Shown in pieces: positions 17,293 to 25,899 of a DNA stretch of 32,511 nt (within the stretch, counting starts at the first letter, position 1; each line of letters begins with the position of its first letter). The notes below the pieces were generated by a model. That model did no database searches, was not told the DNA's origin, and saw nothing but the letters and a program-made list of their open reading frames with translations. A program made the translations under genes and the position numbers. The DNA comes from a virus (taxonomy: Duplodnaviria > Caudoviricetes): the IMG/VR virus record IMGVR_UViG_3300011442_000020, positions 1-32,511 of that record, one strand, 5' to 3'.

Positions 17293-20200
17293 ATGGCTCG
17301 ATTGATCATCTTCGACAACCCGCTCGACTCGTCGAAGCGGCGCCGCATCGTCCTGGCCGACGGCGTGCCGCTGCTCGAGTGGCTCGATCTGAACGCGCCG
17401 ACGCCGAAGGGATGCACGCGCACGGTCTGGCTCAACGGGCGGCGGATCGCCGAGGGCAGCCCGCACCGCGCGGAAGCCGGCGATTCCGTGATCGTGCAGA
17501 TGCAGCCGGCCGACCCTGCGACGATCGGGCTGGCGGTCGTGCAGGCGCTCGTCGCGACGGCGATCAGCTTCGTCGTCAGTGCGATCTTCGCTCCGAGTCG
17601 ACCGAAGTCGGGCAACACGCCGGCGCCGTCTCAGGTCTACGGATTGACCGTGCCGCGCAATGCCGCGCGCCTCGGCGAACCGATCCCGGTCGCCTACGGC
17701 TCCGTGATCCTGACGCCCGACTATGCGGCGCAGCCTTATTCGGAGTACCAGGGAAACGAGCAATACATTCGGACCCTGCTTTGCCTCGGTCAAGGCGAAT
17801 ACGACGTCCACTCGATGATCCTCGGCGATTCGGACGCCGTTGCGATTCCTGCGGACGTGGCGGCCTATTCCATTTTCGGGCCGGCCGATCACGCCTCGAC
17901 GTTCGGCATCATTCAAGGCGCGACCGGCGTCCGCGAAAACGTGTGCACCTCGGCCGACGTTGCCGACCAGGAGTTGCTCGCGCCGAACCAGGCGAGCAAC
18001 AACACGCCGAGTACATGGTATTGGCGCAACGCCTCGACGACATACATTCTCGATCCGCCCGGGCCACCGCCCGATGTGTTGCCGACGCCGGGCGGCGCCT
18101 ATGACTTGTCCGGCGCGACGACGCCGACGGCGCGGCTCGCGATCCTGCCGGCGTTGCCGACGCTCGGCGCCGCGGTCGACGCGTTCATGGGCTCGGGCTA
18201 TTCCGATGGTCCGCCGGCGGGAACGTTCTACGTCGTGAACCATTACGTCGCGACCGCATTCGCCGGCGGCGGCGTGCCGGGCGGCTCGCTCGTGCCGCCG
18301 CCCGGCGCGGCGACAATCGGCGCGCTTAAATGGGTTGGCCCTTTCGAGACATGCAAGGCCGGCCAGGTCGGCATCTCTATCGAGCTCGACTTTTCGTTTC
18401 CGTATGGGCTCTATGACCTGGCGCCGAGCGATGGCTCGATATCGAGCCATCAAGTAGACGTAGACGTTGGCGTTACGCCGATCGACGACGCCGGCGCCGC
18501 GACCGGTGCGGAGGTTATTCACTCGCTCACCTGGACCAAAACCGATAACTCGGCGCTCCGGTTCACTGAAAAGATCACCGTTGCCTCGGGTCGTTATCGG
18601 GTTCGGTGCAACAAGACAAATGACCTCGACGCCCGGCCGACGACCGGCGAGCGCGTCTATTGGACCGGCCTTAAATTCGAGCTCGAGATGGCAACCGCGC
18701 CGGGCGCCGTTTACGGCAATGTCACCCTCGCCGCGATCGTGCTTCGTGCCTCGAATGCCATCTCGGGTGACGCCGCGGCGAGTATTCGCTTTCGGGTCAC
18801 GCGCCGCCTGCCGCCGCCGGCCGGCGGCACCGCGGTCGCGAGCGTCAATCCGGCCGACGTGTTCGCCGACATCGTGACCGCGCGCTATGGCGGCAACCGG
18901 CCGAGGAACGGCGACGAGCTCGATCTCGACGCGCTCGATGCGGCGCGGATCCGCTGGGATGGGCATAACGGGTTCAATGCCGTATTCGATCAGCCGAGCA
19001 CGGTCTGGGAAGCGCTCACCCTCTCGGTGCAGACCGTGAGCGCTGCGCCGCTGCCGGTCGGCACGCGCATGTCGCTGATGCAGGACGGCATACAGCCCGA
19101 CCGGACGCAGATATTCACCGACGCGAACGTCGTCACCGGCTCGCTGCAGATCTCGCACGGCTTCGATCGCGACGGCACCCCCGTCGGCCAGCGGGTCGAA
19201 TACCGTGACCCGCGCACGTTCTCGGCGGCGGCGCTTCTCGACCCGCCGGGCGCGCCTGACTACGAGACGATCCAGCTATTCGGCTGCACCGATATCGATG
19301 TCGCGCTCGAGCATGCGATCCTCGCTGCGAACCGGCGCCGGCTGCAGCGCACGACGATCACGTTCTCGACCGAGCTCGAGGGATTGAACTGCCTGCCGGG
19401 CGACCGGATCGGCGTGCAGGCGCGGATGCCCCGATGGGCGCAAGGCGCGCGCGTCGTCGGCGTCGACGGGCTGCTGCTCAAGCTCGACCGGCCGCTCGAG
19501 TGGACCGACTATGCAACCCATGCCGTGCAGATGCGCGACCCGATGGGCGTGCCGCATACGCTGGTCCCGGTGACTCGCGGCGCCGACTTCTACGAAATCG
19601 TCATGCCGTCGCTGCCGTTTCCTCCGGTCGTGCACGGCGACCCGATGGAAGCGACGCAGATCTCGTTCGGCGTCTACGGGCAGGAGGTTAGCGACTGGAT
19701 CGTGAAGGCAATGCAGCCGCAAGGCGCGACAGTCGCGATCTCGGCGACGAACTACAGCGAGGCAGTCTATGAGATCGCGACCGCGCCGCGCGTGTCGGCG
19801 CTGCTGCACCTGAACGGCACGCTCGCCGACTCTGCCGTCGTGCCTAATGTCGCTCTGTCCTATCAGGGCGCATCCCTCGCCGCCGCGGTCTACTCGAGCG
19901 GCTCGCCGCTGCTGTTCGGTAATCCGATGGTGCTGCTCGGCGGCTACAGCGTGACGCTCGAGCCATCGCGCTCGATCGTGCTGCCGCCCGGCGCCTTCGA
20001 AGTCGGGACCGGACCCTTCACGATCGAGCTCAGTTTCTGGGAACCCTACAGCCCGGGCACGCTCGGGCGGATTTACTTTCAGCTGCTCGACGGCGGCGGC
20101 GTCTTTCGCTTCGCCGTCGTGCGCGACGGATCCGGCTCGATATACATCTATTCGCCCGGCGGCTATTCGGTGACGGTCACGGGCGCGGCGTATACGACGC

Positions 20201-20544
20201 TGCACCATATGGCGATCTGCCGCAACGCCGCAGGCTATCTCGCGCTTTTCATCGATGGCGAGCGGCACGGCAACATCACGAGCGGCGGCGAATACGTGCC
20301 GAATATCGGCACGTTTTTCGTGCCCGACGATCTCTCCGGCTTCGCTGCCGTGATCGGCGGGACGCCTAGCGCGATGCTCTCGAGCCAGACGTTCTATGCC
20401 GGTGAATGGCGCCTGACGGTCGGGCTCGATCGCTACTATGGGCCGACGTGCCCGGTGCCCGTGGCACCGTTCCCGGCGGCGGCTAGCCGTGCCGTGCCGG
20501 CTCACCTGGCGGCGCCGGCGCTTCGTCCCGAGGTTTTGCTATGA
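17293..20544 (+). CDS. Central tail tip / host-specificity protein (lambda I+J-like) with a C-terminal LamG/ConA-like domain
   Basis: Motifs: N.ARLGEPIPVAYG...PD, LCLGQG, WVGPF, NPAD, FNAVFD, LFGCT, F.TELEG....PGD.I. C-terminal VSALLHLNG...FTIE...HHMAICR...LFIDG...EWRLT.G..RY...P.APFP. Confidence 0.9.
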   Translation: MARLIIFDNPLDSSKRRRIVLADGVPLLEWLDLNAPTPKGCTRTVWLNGRRIAEGSPHRAEAGDSVIVQMQPADPATIGLAVVQALVATAISFVVSAIFAPSRPKSGNTPAPSQVYGLTVPRNAARLGEPIPVAYGSVILTPDYAAQPYSEYQGNEQYIRTLLCLGQGEYDVHSMILGDSDAVAIPADVAAYSIFGPADHASTFGIIQGATGVRENVCTSADVADQELLAPNQASNNTPSTWYWRNASTTYILDPPGPPPDVLPTPGGAYDLSGATTPTARLAILPALPTLGAAVDAFMGSGYSDGPPAGTFYVVNHYVATAFAGGGVPGGSLVPPPGAATIGALKWVGPFETCKAGQVGISIELDFSFPYGLYDLAPSDGSISSHQVDVDVGVTPIDDAGAATGAEVIHSLTWTKTDNSALRFTEKITVASGRYRVRCNKTNDLDARPTTGERVYWTGLKFELEMATAPGAVYGNVTLAAIVLRASNAISGDAAASIRFRVTRRLPPPAGGTAVASVNPADVFADIVTARYGGNRPRNGDELDLDALDAARIRWDGHNGFNAVFDQPSTVWEALTLSVQTVSAAPLPVGTRMSLMQDGIQPDRTQIFTDANVVTGSLQISHGFDRDGTPVGQRVEYRDPRTFSAAALLDPPGAPDYETIQLFGCTDIDVALEHAILAANRRRLQRTTITFSTELEGLNCLPGDRIGVQARMPRWAQGARVVGVDGLLLKLDRPLEWTDYATHAVQMRDPMGVPHTLVPVTRGADFYEIVMPSLPFPPVVHGDPMEATQISFGVYGQEVSDWIVKAMQPQGATVAISATNYSEAVYEIATAPRVSALLHLNGTLADSAVVPNVALSYQGASLAAAVYSSGSPLLFGNPMVLLGGYSVTLEPSRSIVLPPGAFEVGTGPFTIELSFWEPYSPGTLGRIYFQLLDGGGVFRFAVVRDGSGSIYIYSPGGYSVTVTGAAYTTLHHMAICRNAAGYLALFIDGERHGNITSGGEYVPNIGTFFVPDDLSGFAAVIGGTPSAMLSSQTFYAGEWRLTVGLDRYYGPTCPVPVAPFPAAASRAVPAHLAAPALRPEVLL

Positions 20545-22166
20545 GCATCGATTACCCCGTCACCTTCCCGTGCGCCTCGCGCGTCGAGGGCCACAGTGCC
20601 GACCTATTCACCGGCGTAGTGCGTACTCCGATGCAGGCCGGCAACAGCAGGCAGCGCCGCAGTCACCATGCGCTGCCGCATCAGATCTCGCTCGTGTTCA
20701 TCGTCAAGCAGACCGCCTATGCCGAATGGCTCAAATGGGTAAACGAACACGCATGGGACGAGTGGGTGAGCATGAATTTGCCCGGCCTGGCGGCGAGCGA
20801 TGCCGGCGTGAACACGGCGCCGATCCTCGTTCGCTTCTGCACCGACCTGAGTACCGAGCTGCTCGACGTGTTTCGGCTCTGGTACTGGCGCGTGCGCGTC
20901 GATTGCGAATACATGCCCGATCCCGAGCTGCTCGCGCCGCCGCCGCCGCCGCTGCAACTCTCGGCGCAGTGGAACACGGCGGATCAGGGGCGCCAGAATC
21001 GCACGCTCACCTTCGCGAACAATCAGCGGATCGCGATTCGCAGCGCACCGGTCACGGCGAACGGCGGCAGCGTGCGGGCAGTGAAGTCGAACGGCGGCAG
21101 CGGGAAATATTACGTCGAGCTCGAGCCGACGGCGTTCGTCGCGAGCCCGACTTACTGGTCGTTCGGGCTGCTGAGCGCAGGCATCACGTTGGACGCCGAC
21201 CCGACGAACGAGGCGAGCGTCGGCTATCTCGTGATCTTCGGCAATGGCGCGGTCTACTACGACCTGCCGGGCGGGGGTGCAACGCCGCTCTCGCTCGGCA
21301 CCATGACCGGCACCCCCCCCATCGCCGACGGCGACAAGATCGGGCTGGCCTGGACGGTAGGCACCGGCGTCGATATCTACAGAAACGGCGCGCTCGTCAA
21401 GTCCGTCGCCTACACGTCGACGGCGCAGCACTTCCCCTGGTTCGGGCAAGGCAATACGGTGATCGGCGCGACGAGCAACACTCCGGGCGCTACGTGCACG
21501 CTGCGCGCGATCCCGCTCGACTTTGCCTATCCGCCGCCGGCGGGCTTCACCGCATGGGCCCCCACGGAAACCACCTACACGACGCCGACCTGTTGGGACC
21601 TGACGAGTCTCGTGCAGTCGGCCGCGGGCACGCTCTCGTTCGTCGAGCTGGACCGGCGCGCGATCAAGGACGCGAGCGGGACGAACTATGCGATCGTGCG
21701 CGCGATCGCCGGCGCGGCGAAGTCGGCCGGGAAATGGTATTTCGAAGTGCATACGGTTGTTCCCTGCGTGCAACCCTTCGCCAACAATGCCGGCGTCTGC
21801 AAGCTCGACGCCGTTCTCGCGGCGAACTGGACAACTCAAGCCGCGGGCTCGGTCATGTTCAATAACGGCCAGGGGCAATTCGTGACGCCGGGCAGTGCGG
21901 CGGTCGTGAGTGGCAAGGTCTGGGGCACGGTCCATAACCACTGCCTCGGGATCTGCTACGAGCCCGGCGTGAGTTTCGCGACGACGCTCGACGGGTCTGT
22001 CATGACGGCGACCGTTGCGCTCGGCGCCGGGAACTGGGTGCCGTGCATCGGGCTCGGATGGTCGTCAGCGGCGGCGCAAGTGAGCGCCGCCGACTGCTCT
22101 CTGCGGATCCGCACCGGCTCGGACCTCTGGTATGCGCCGCCGGCCGGCTATACCGCACTGAGCTAA
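20541..22166 (+). CDS. Distal-tail (Dit / lambda M-like) domain fused to two SPRY/B30.2-like domains
   Basis: N-terminus IDYP..FP.....G.......VRTPMQAG..RQRR...W..W...W..M.L, then a PPPPP linker, SGKYYVELE...GDKIG...YPPPAGFTAW and AGKWYFEV...YAPPAGYTAL. Confidence 0.75.
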   Translation: MSIDYPVTFPCASRVEGHSADLFTGVVRTPMQAGNSRQRRSHHALPHQISLVFIVKQTAYAEWLKWVNEHAWDEWVSMNLPGLAASDAGVNTAPILVRFCTDLSTELLDVFRLWYWRVRVDCEYMPDPELLAPPPPPLQLSAQWNTADQGRQNRTLTFANNQRIAIRSAPVTANGGSVRAVKSNGGSGKYYVELEPTAFVASPTYWSFGLLSAGITLDADPTNEASVGYLVIFGNGAVYYDLPGGGATPLSLGTMTGTPPIADGDKIGLAWTVGTGVDIYRNGALVKSVAYTSTAQHFPWFGQGNTVIGATSNTPGATCTLRAIPLDFAYPPPAGFTAWAPTETTYTTPTCWDLTSLVQSAAGTLSFVELDRRAIKDASGTNYAIVRAIAGAAKSAGKWYFEVHTVVPCVQPFANNAGVCKLDAVLAANWTTQAAGSVMFNNGQGQFVTPGSAAVVSGKVWGTVHNHCLGICYEPGVSFATTLDGSVMTATVALGAGNWVPCIGLGWSSAAAQVSAADCSLRIRTGSDLWYAPPAGYTALS

Positions 22167-22188
22167 CGCCGGCTGGCCGGGCGATCGC

Positions 22189-22602
22189 CTAGTTCGGCGC
22201 TGGCTCGAGGAACGCCGACAGGTCGCTGCCGACCCCGACGCGGAAGCTCTGGCGCTTGCCCGCCGCGGCCGTCGCCCGGACCGTCGCCCGACCGCTGGCG
22301 GAGCAGAGTGCGCCTCTGTACTCGGTGCTCAGGATGTGGTCGCCCGGCGGAACGTACAGGGTAACCATCTCGCCGGTGCCGAGCTCGGCCGCGGCCGTGC
22401 CGTCCACCATGATCCGAAAGGCGCACGCGCTGGAGGTGACGCCGGTGTCGCGCCGGACGACCAGGATCCCGTTGGCAGGATCCGCCTTCACGAGGACCGC
22501 CGAGAGCACGGTGCTGGTCGGTACGGCCTGCCCGCTGCTGGTGGGCGTCGTGCCGCACGCGGCGACCAGGCCGGCTGCGGCCAGGGCGATCAGTGTTCGC
22601 AT
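22189..22602 (-). CDS. Lipoprotein (137 aa; DUF2846-like beta domain), candidate lysogenic-conversion or exclusion factor
   Basis: GGAG RBS, MRTLIALAAAGLVAA-C lipobox, V.RDTG...SAC...VDG...AEL..GE...LY.PPG.H, and two further Cys. Confidence 0.8.
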   Translation of the reverse strand: MRTLIALAAAGLVAACGTTPTSSGQAVPTSTVLSAVLVKADPANGILVVRRDTGVTSSACAFRIMVDGTAAAELGTGEMVTLYVPPGDHILSTEYRGALCSASGRATVRATAAAGKRQSFRVGVGSDLSAFLEPAPN

Positions 22603-22724
22603 GTCTCTTGCTCCCTCTTCCTCGGTGTGGGCGGAAATGTAGCCGCCAATCCACGGGCGGCTGCACGCCTGCGTTGGTTTTGCGTGACTTGTGCCCGGAG
22701 GCGGCGCCGGCCGGGCGCTGGCCA

Positions 22725-22935
22725 GAATCCGTCTAAAACTCCTGGGCCGGCTTGTCGCCAGCCCGGCGAAAACCCGGGCATAAATCCAGAATCGAATTAG
22801 ACGCGGATCAGCCGAAAGCGAGTATCGGCGCGGCCTGGAGGCAATTTCAGGCAATGATGGGCCATCATCGGAGTGGCGGAATTAGCTTGCAGAATCAAGG
22901 GCTTAGCGGCGTCGTCTATTTGGACGTCCAAAACT
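22725..22935. other. Candidate attP region
   Basis: Non-coding, downstream of the integrase. Repeated CGTC(T/C)A motifs in both orientations (22730, ~22797 reverse, 22913, 22925), inverted repeat ATGATG-GGC-CATCAT (22854-22868) and an IHF consensus. Confidence 0.7.
22893..22905 (+). promoter_or_regulatory. IHF binding site
   Basis: AATCAAGGGCTTA matches WATCAANNNNTTR exactly. Confidence 0.75.
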
Positions 22936-23902
22936 GTGCGCCCAAACTCGGGCCCTCGACCTCCGGTGCCTCGCGGTCGCGGAGGTAGGTTTCGGTCTGC
23001 GATGGGTTGACGTGGCCGAGCAGCGCCGTCGCCGCCGCCTTGCCTTGCTGCTGCTTGATCTTCGTTCCGGACTGCGCGCGCTGGTCGTTCGGCCGGGCAT
23101 CCTCGACGCCGGCTTCCGCCGCGGCGTTGGCGAACTGCTCGCGCACCGAGCTGTAGTCGGGTGGGCCGCCGGTGCTGCTCCGGAACAAGGTCAGCGTTTG
23201 TGCCTCGCCGAGCAGCGCTAGGGCGTCTTCCACGGCCGATCGCAGATCCGGCGACCACTTGACCACCAGGCGCGCGTCGGTCTTCTGCTGCGCGAATTCG
23301 ACGCCGGCGTCGGTGAGCTGCGAGCGGCGGATAGACAGCACGTCGCCGATGCGCTGGCCGGTGAGCAGCTGCAGCCGCATGATCAGCTTTAGCCGCGGGC
23401 CGGCCTTGAGATAGATCGCCTTCCACTCGGCATCGGAGAGCAGGCGCTTGCGCTTCGCTTCCGGCAGGCGCTTCACGCCGATGCAGGGATTCGAGTCGAC
23501 GCGCTGCCACTCGACCGCCCAGGTGAAGACGATGCGCAGCACCGTCAGGCAGCGGTTGGCCATGTTCGGCTTGGCGCTGAGGTTGCGCTTTATACCCGCG
23601 ACGTGCCGGCTCTTGACCTGCTCCGGGCTGAATTCGGCGAGCTTGCGCTTGAGTATCTTGGCAGCGCCGAGATACTGCCGGCAGGTGTTTTCGGCGAGGG
23701 TCGGCCTGACGTGCTCGATAACCTCGTCGATCAGCGCCGGCATACCGCCCTTCGGCTCGCCGACCTTTCTCGCATATTCGGCCAGGGCGGTCGGCAGATC
23801 GGCGCCGATATCCACCCACTTGCCGGCCTTCACATACCAATGCGTCCCGTGTTTGAAATAGACGCAGGGCGGCAGGTGCCGGTCCTTCTTCCGTGGCCTC
23901 AT
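22916..23902 (-). CDS. int: Tyrosine integrase
   Basis: Motifs TGQRIGDV (R), QQKT (K), NDQR (HxxR position), LLGH and TETYLR (Y); N-terminal LPPCVYFKHG arm-binding region. Confidence 0.95.
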   Translation of the reverse strand: MRPRKKDRHLPPCVYFKHGTHWYVKAGKWVDIGADLPTALAEYARKVGEPKGGMPALIDEVIEHVRPTLAENTCRQYLGAAKILKRKLAEFSPEQVKSRHVAGIKRNLSAKPNMANRCLTVLRIVFTWAVEWQRVDSNPCIGVKRLPEAKRKRLLSDAEWKAIYLKAGPRLKLIMRLQLLTGQRIGDVLSIRRSQLTDAGVEFAQQKTDARLVVKWSPDLRSAVEDALALLGEAQTLTLFRSSTGGPPDYSSVREQFANAAAEAGVEDARPNDQRAQSGTKIKQQQGKAAATALLGHVNPSQTETYLRDREAPEVEGPSLGAQFWTSK

Positions 23903-24102
23903 GCCCGCAGTCTAGGCTCGTTGGCGGCGGTGGCCCGGCTCTCGGCGCAGACCGCCTCGTAGTGGGCGCGCTCGAGCACGACGGAGCCGTCCTTGGCGCG
24001 CCAGGCGCGATGGAAGCCGCGGCGGTGCAGCACCTCGAGCTGATCGCCCGGGCGCTTGCAGCGCGTCAGATCGACCAGCTCCTCGTGCGTCAGCGTCAGC
24101 AT
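23899..24102 (-). CDS. Excisionase-like protein (DUF4224)
   Basis: LT.EEL..LT..KR...Q...L...G......DG..V; overlaps the integrase start. Confidence 0.85.
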   Translation of the reverse strand: MLTLTHEELVDLTRCKRPGDQLEVLHRRGFHRAWRAKDGSVVLERAHYEAVCAESRATAANEPRLRA

Positions 24103-24111
24103 GGCTCGAAA

Positions 24112-24966
24112 TCACACCACGAAGTCGCCGAGCTTGCCGCCCTTGTCGAGGCGCACCTTGAGCCACCGCGGCATCATGCCCTTGCCCGACCAGGTCTCGC
24201 CCGTCGCCGCGTCGCGGTATTTCATCGGCGCCTTGGCCTTCGCCTTGGCCTTCGCCTTGGCCTTCGCCTTGGCCTTGGCCTTCGCCTTGGCCGGCGCCCG
24301 CTTCGGCGCCTTCTCCTCGACCAGGTGCTGCGGCGGCTTCTCCGCGGCCTGGCTGCCCTTCGGGAATGGCCAGGCCGGCTCGCTCGACAGCTTCGTCGTC
24401 TCGGCCTTGGCGACGCCGTCGAGGAACAGGTCGGTCGCGTCGGGCTTCTTCCCCTTCGCCGGCTTCTCGTCCTTCTTCTCCTCGCCCGGCTTCGGCGCGA
24501 TCAGCGTTACCCAGATCGACTGCCCGACGTGCATGCCGAGCATGCCGCTGCGCGCCGCGTCCAGGTCGCTCGTGCCGACCCGCAGGCGCAGCACGATGCT
24601 GCCGCCCTGCATCGGCTCGACGCTCACTTTGTCGACCTTGCAGCCGCCGAAGTTCAGCGGCTTCGTGTCGTCGATGCCGTCGTCGACCTGCAGCGACCAG
24701 CCCTCGTGCTTGTTCGGGAGCAGCACGCGATCGATGCTGTTGCACCGGAGCACGTTCAGCACGTCGGCGACGCCCGGCAGCGTCTTGCTGTCCGGTGCCT
24801 TGTAGAGCGTCGGCCGCAAGTTCGGGTCGATCAGGTCGAGAACGTCGTTCGCGATCGTGAGCTCGAGGCCCAGCGAGACGGCCGGCTTCGTGTCATCGCC
24901 GTGGATCTCGGACCGCGAGGTGAGGGTGGCGAGCTTCGCTTCGGTAAAGGTGAGGATCTGCAGCAT
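24112..24966 (-). CDS. Phage protein with (AK)10 linker and a C-terminal H-NS-type DNA-binding domain
   Basis: C-terminal KYRDAATGETWSGKGMMPRWL......G..L.DF matches the H-NS family motif. The N-terminal ~165 aa is a beta-rich domain unlike the H-NS oligomerisation domain. Confidence 0.85.
   Translation of the reverse strand: MLQILTFTEAKLATLTSRSEIHGDDTKPAVSLGLELTIANDVLDLIDPNLRPTLYKAPDSKTLPGVADVLNVLRCNSIDRVLLPNKHEGWSLQVDDGIDDTKPLNFGGCKVDKVSVEPMQGGSIVLRLRVGTSDLDAARSGMLGMHVGQSIWVTLIAPKPGEEKKDEKPAKGKKPDATDLFLDGVAKAETTKLSSEPAWPFPKGSQAAEKPPQHLVEEKAPKRAPAKAKAKAKAKAKAKAKAKAKAPMKYRDAATGETWSGKGMMPRWLKVRLDKGGKLGDFVV
24230..24292. repeat. Hexanucleotide tandem repeat GCCTT(G/C) x10, encoding (AK)10 on the minus strand
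   Basis: Read directly from the sequence. Confidence 0.95.
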
Positions 24967-24969
24967 GGG

Positions 24970-25899
24970 CTACTTCCCCCACTTGTCGGTGTAGACCTTG
25001 ACCAGGTCGCCGAACTGATCCGCCGGCAGGTCGCGCGCGCCGTCGAGCTGGAGCGCGGCCGCCTCGACATTCTTCGCCTTCAGGATCGCGTCGGCGCGCT
25101 TCGCATACGTGACCGCCGCCGGCGTGCCCGGGTCGCCGGCCTTCAGGATCTCGCCCGTGCCCTGGTCGACCGTCACGAAGTCACCCTCGATGATCATCCC
25201 CTCGCCGCTGTCCGCCGCCTCGCTCATGTTCATCGCGGTCGCCAGCTCGATCGACGACGGCATGTACTTGAGCACCTGCAGCAGCGGGAGCTTGCGGGCG
25301 TACATCTCCGGATGTTCGTAGCTGTAGTGCTTTTTCCCGACCTTGTTGAAGCGGTCGCGGTGCTTCCAGATCTTGGACATCGGCCAGACCTCGACGACCG
25401 CCTGCTGGGCGTCGCGCACGCGGCCGATCGCGTAGACGTAGAGCAGTTTTTCAGGCGCGTCCTCGTCGCCCGGCTTGTGCTTGACAAAAGGCGTGTCGCC
25501 GAGCGCGTAGTCGAACTCGTCGCCCTTGAACACGGCACCAGTCCAGACCGTGGCGCGGCCGCTGCGGTTGACCAGGTCGACGAGCCCGCGCCAGCCCGGC
25601 ACCAGCGTCGCACGTTGCTTGTACGGGATGAGGTAGGCCTGGCCGTTAACGCCGATCTCGAGGCCGAGCTGCGCGGCGGTGATCAGCGCGCCGGCGATCG
25701 AGTTGGCGTCGCAGTCCTGCAGTGCCGCGTTCGTCGAGAACTGCGTGAGCGCCAGGCGCGCCATGCGGTCGGCGTTCAAGTGCCGCGGCAGCGCCAGCGC
25801 CAGTTGCGGTTTCATCTTGTCTAAGAACTTCGAGAACTTGGCGACGGGCGTCTCGGGCTTCTCGCCGCGGGCGATCTTCTCGACGGAGGTGCTGGTCAT
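24970..25899 (-). CDS. recT: RecT-family single-strand annealing protein
   Basis: ALPRHLNADRMARLALT...L..C...S..GAL..AAQLGLE....GQAYLIPY...G..GLVDL..RSG...EMYARK..L....KYMP.SIE. Confidence 0.93.
   Translation of the reverse strand: MTSTSVEKIARGEKPETPVAKFSKFLDKMKPQLALALPRHLNADRMARLALTQFSTNAALQDCDANSIAGALITAAQLGLEIGVNGQAYLIPYKQRATLVPGWRGLVDLVNRSGRATVWTGAVFKGDEFDYALGDTPFVKHKPGDEDAPEKLLYVYAIGRVRDAQQAVVEVWPMSKIWKHRDRFNKVGKKHYSYEHPEMYARKLPLLQVLKYMPSSIELATAMNMSEAADSGEGMIIEGDFVTVDQGTGEILKAGDPGTPAAVTYAKRADAILKAKNVEAAALQLDGARDLPADQFGDLVKVYTDKWGK

Noticed and set aside
22850-22880. dusA-type attachment core (minus strand reads ...PMM...)
   Set aside because: Only CCGATGATGG resembles the dusA APMMDW region; the following codons read AHHC, not DWTDRHC.
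23893-25824. 643-aa plus-strand ORF and other long antisense ORFs (3142-4719, 14419-15927, 17245-19158, 19276-20505, 20604-21941)
   Set aside because: Shadow frames of well-supported genes in GC-rich DNA; Arg/Ala-rich with no motifs.
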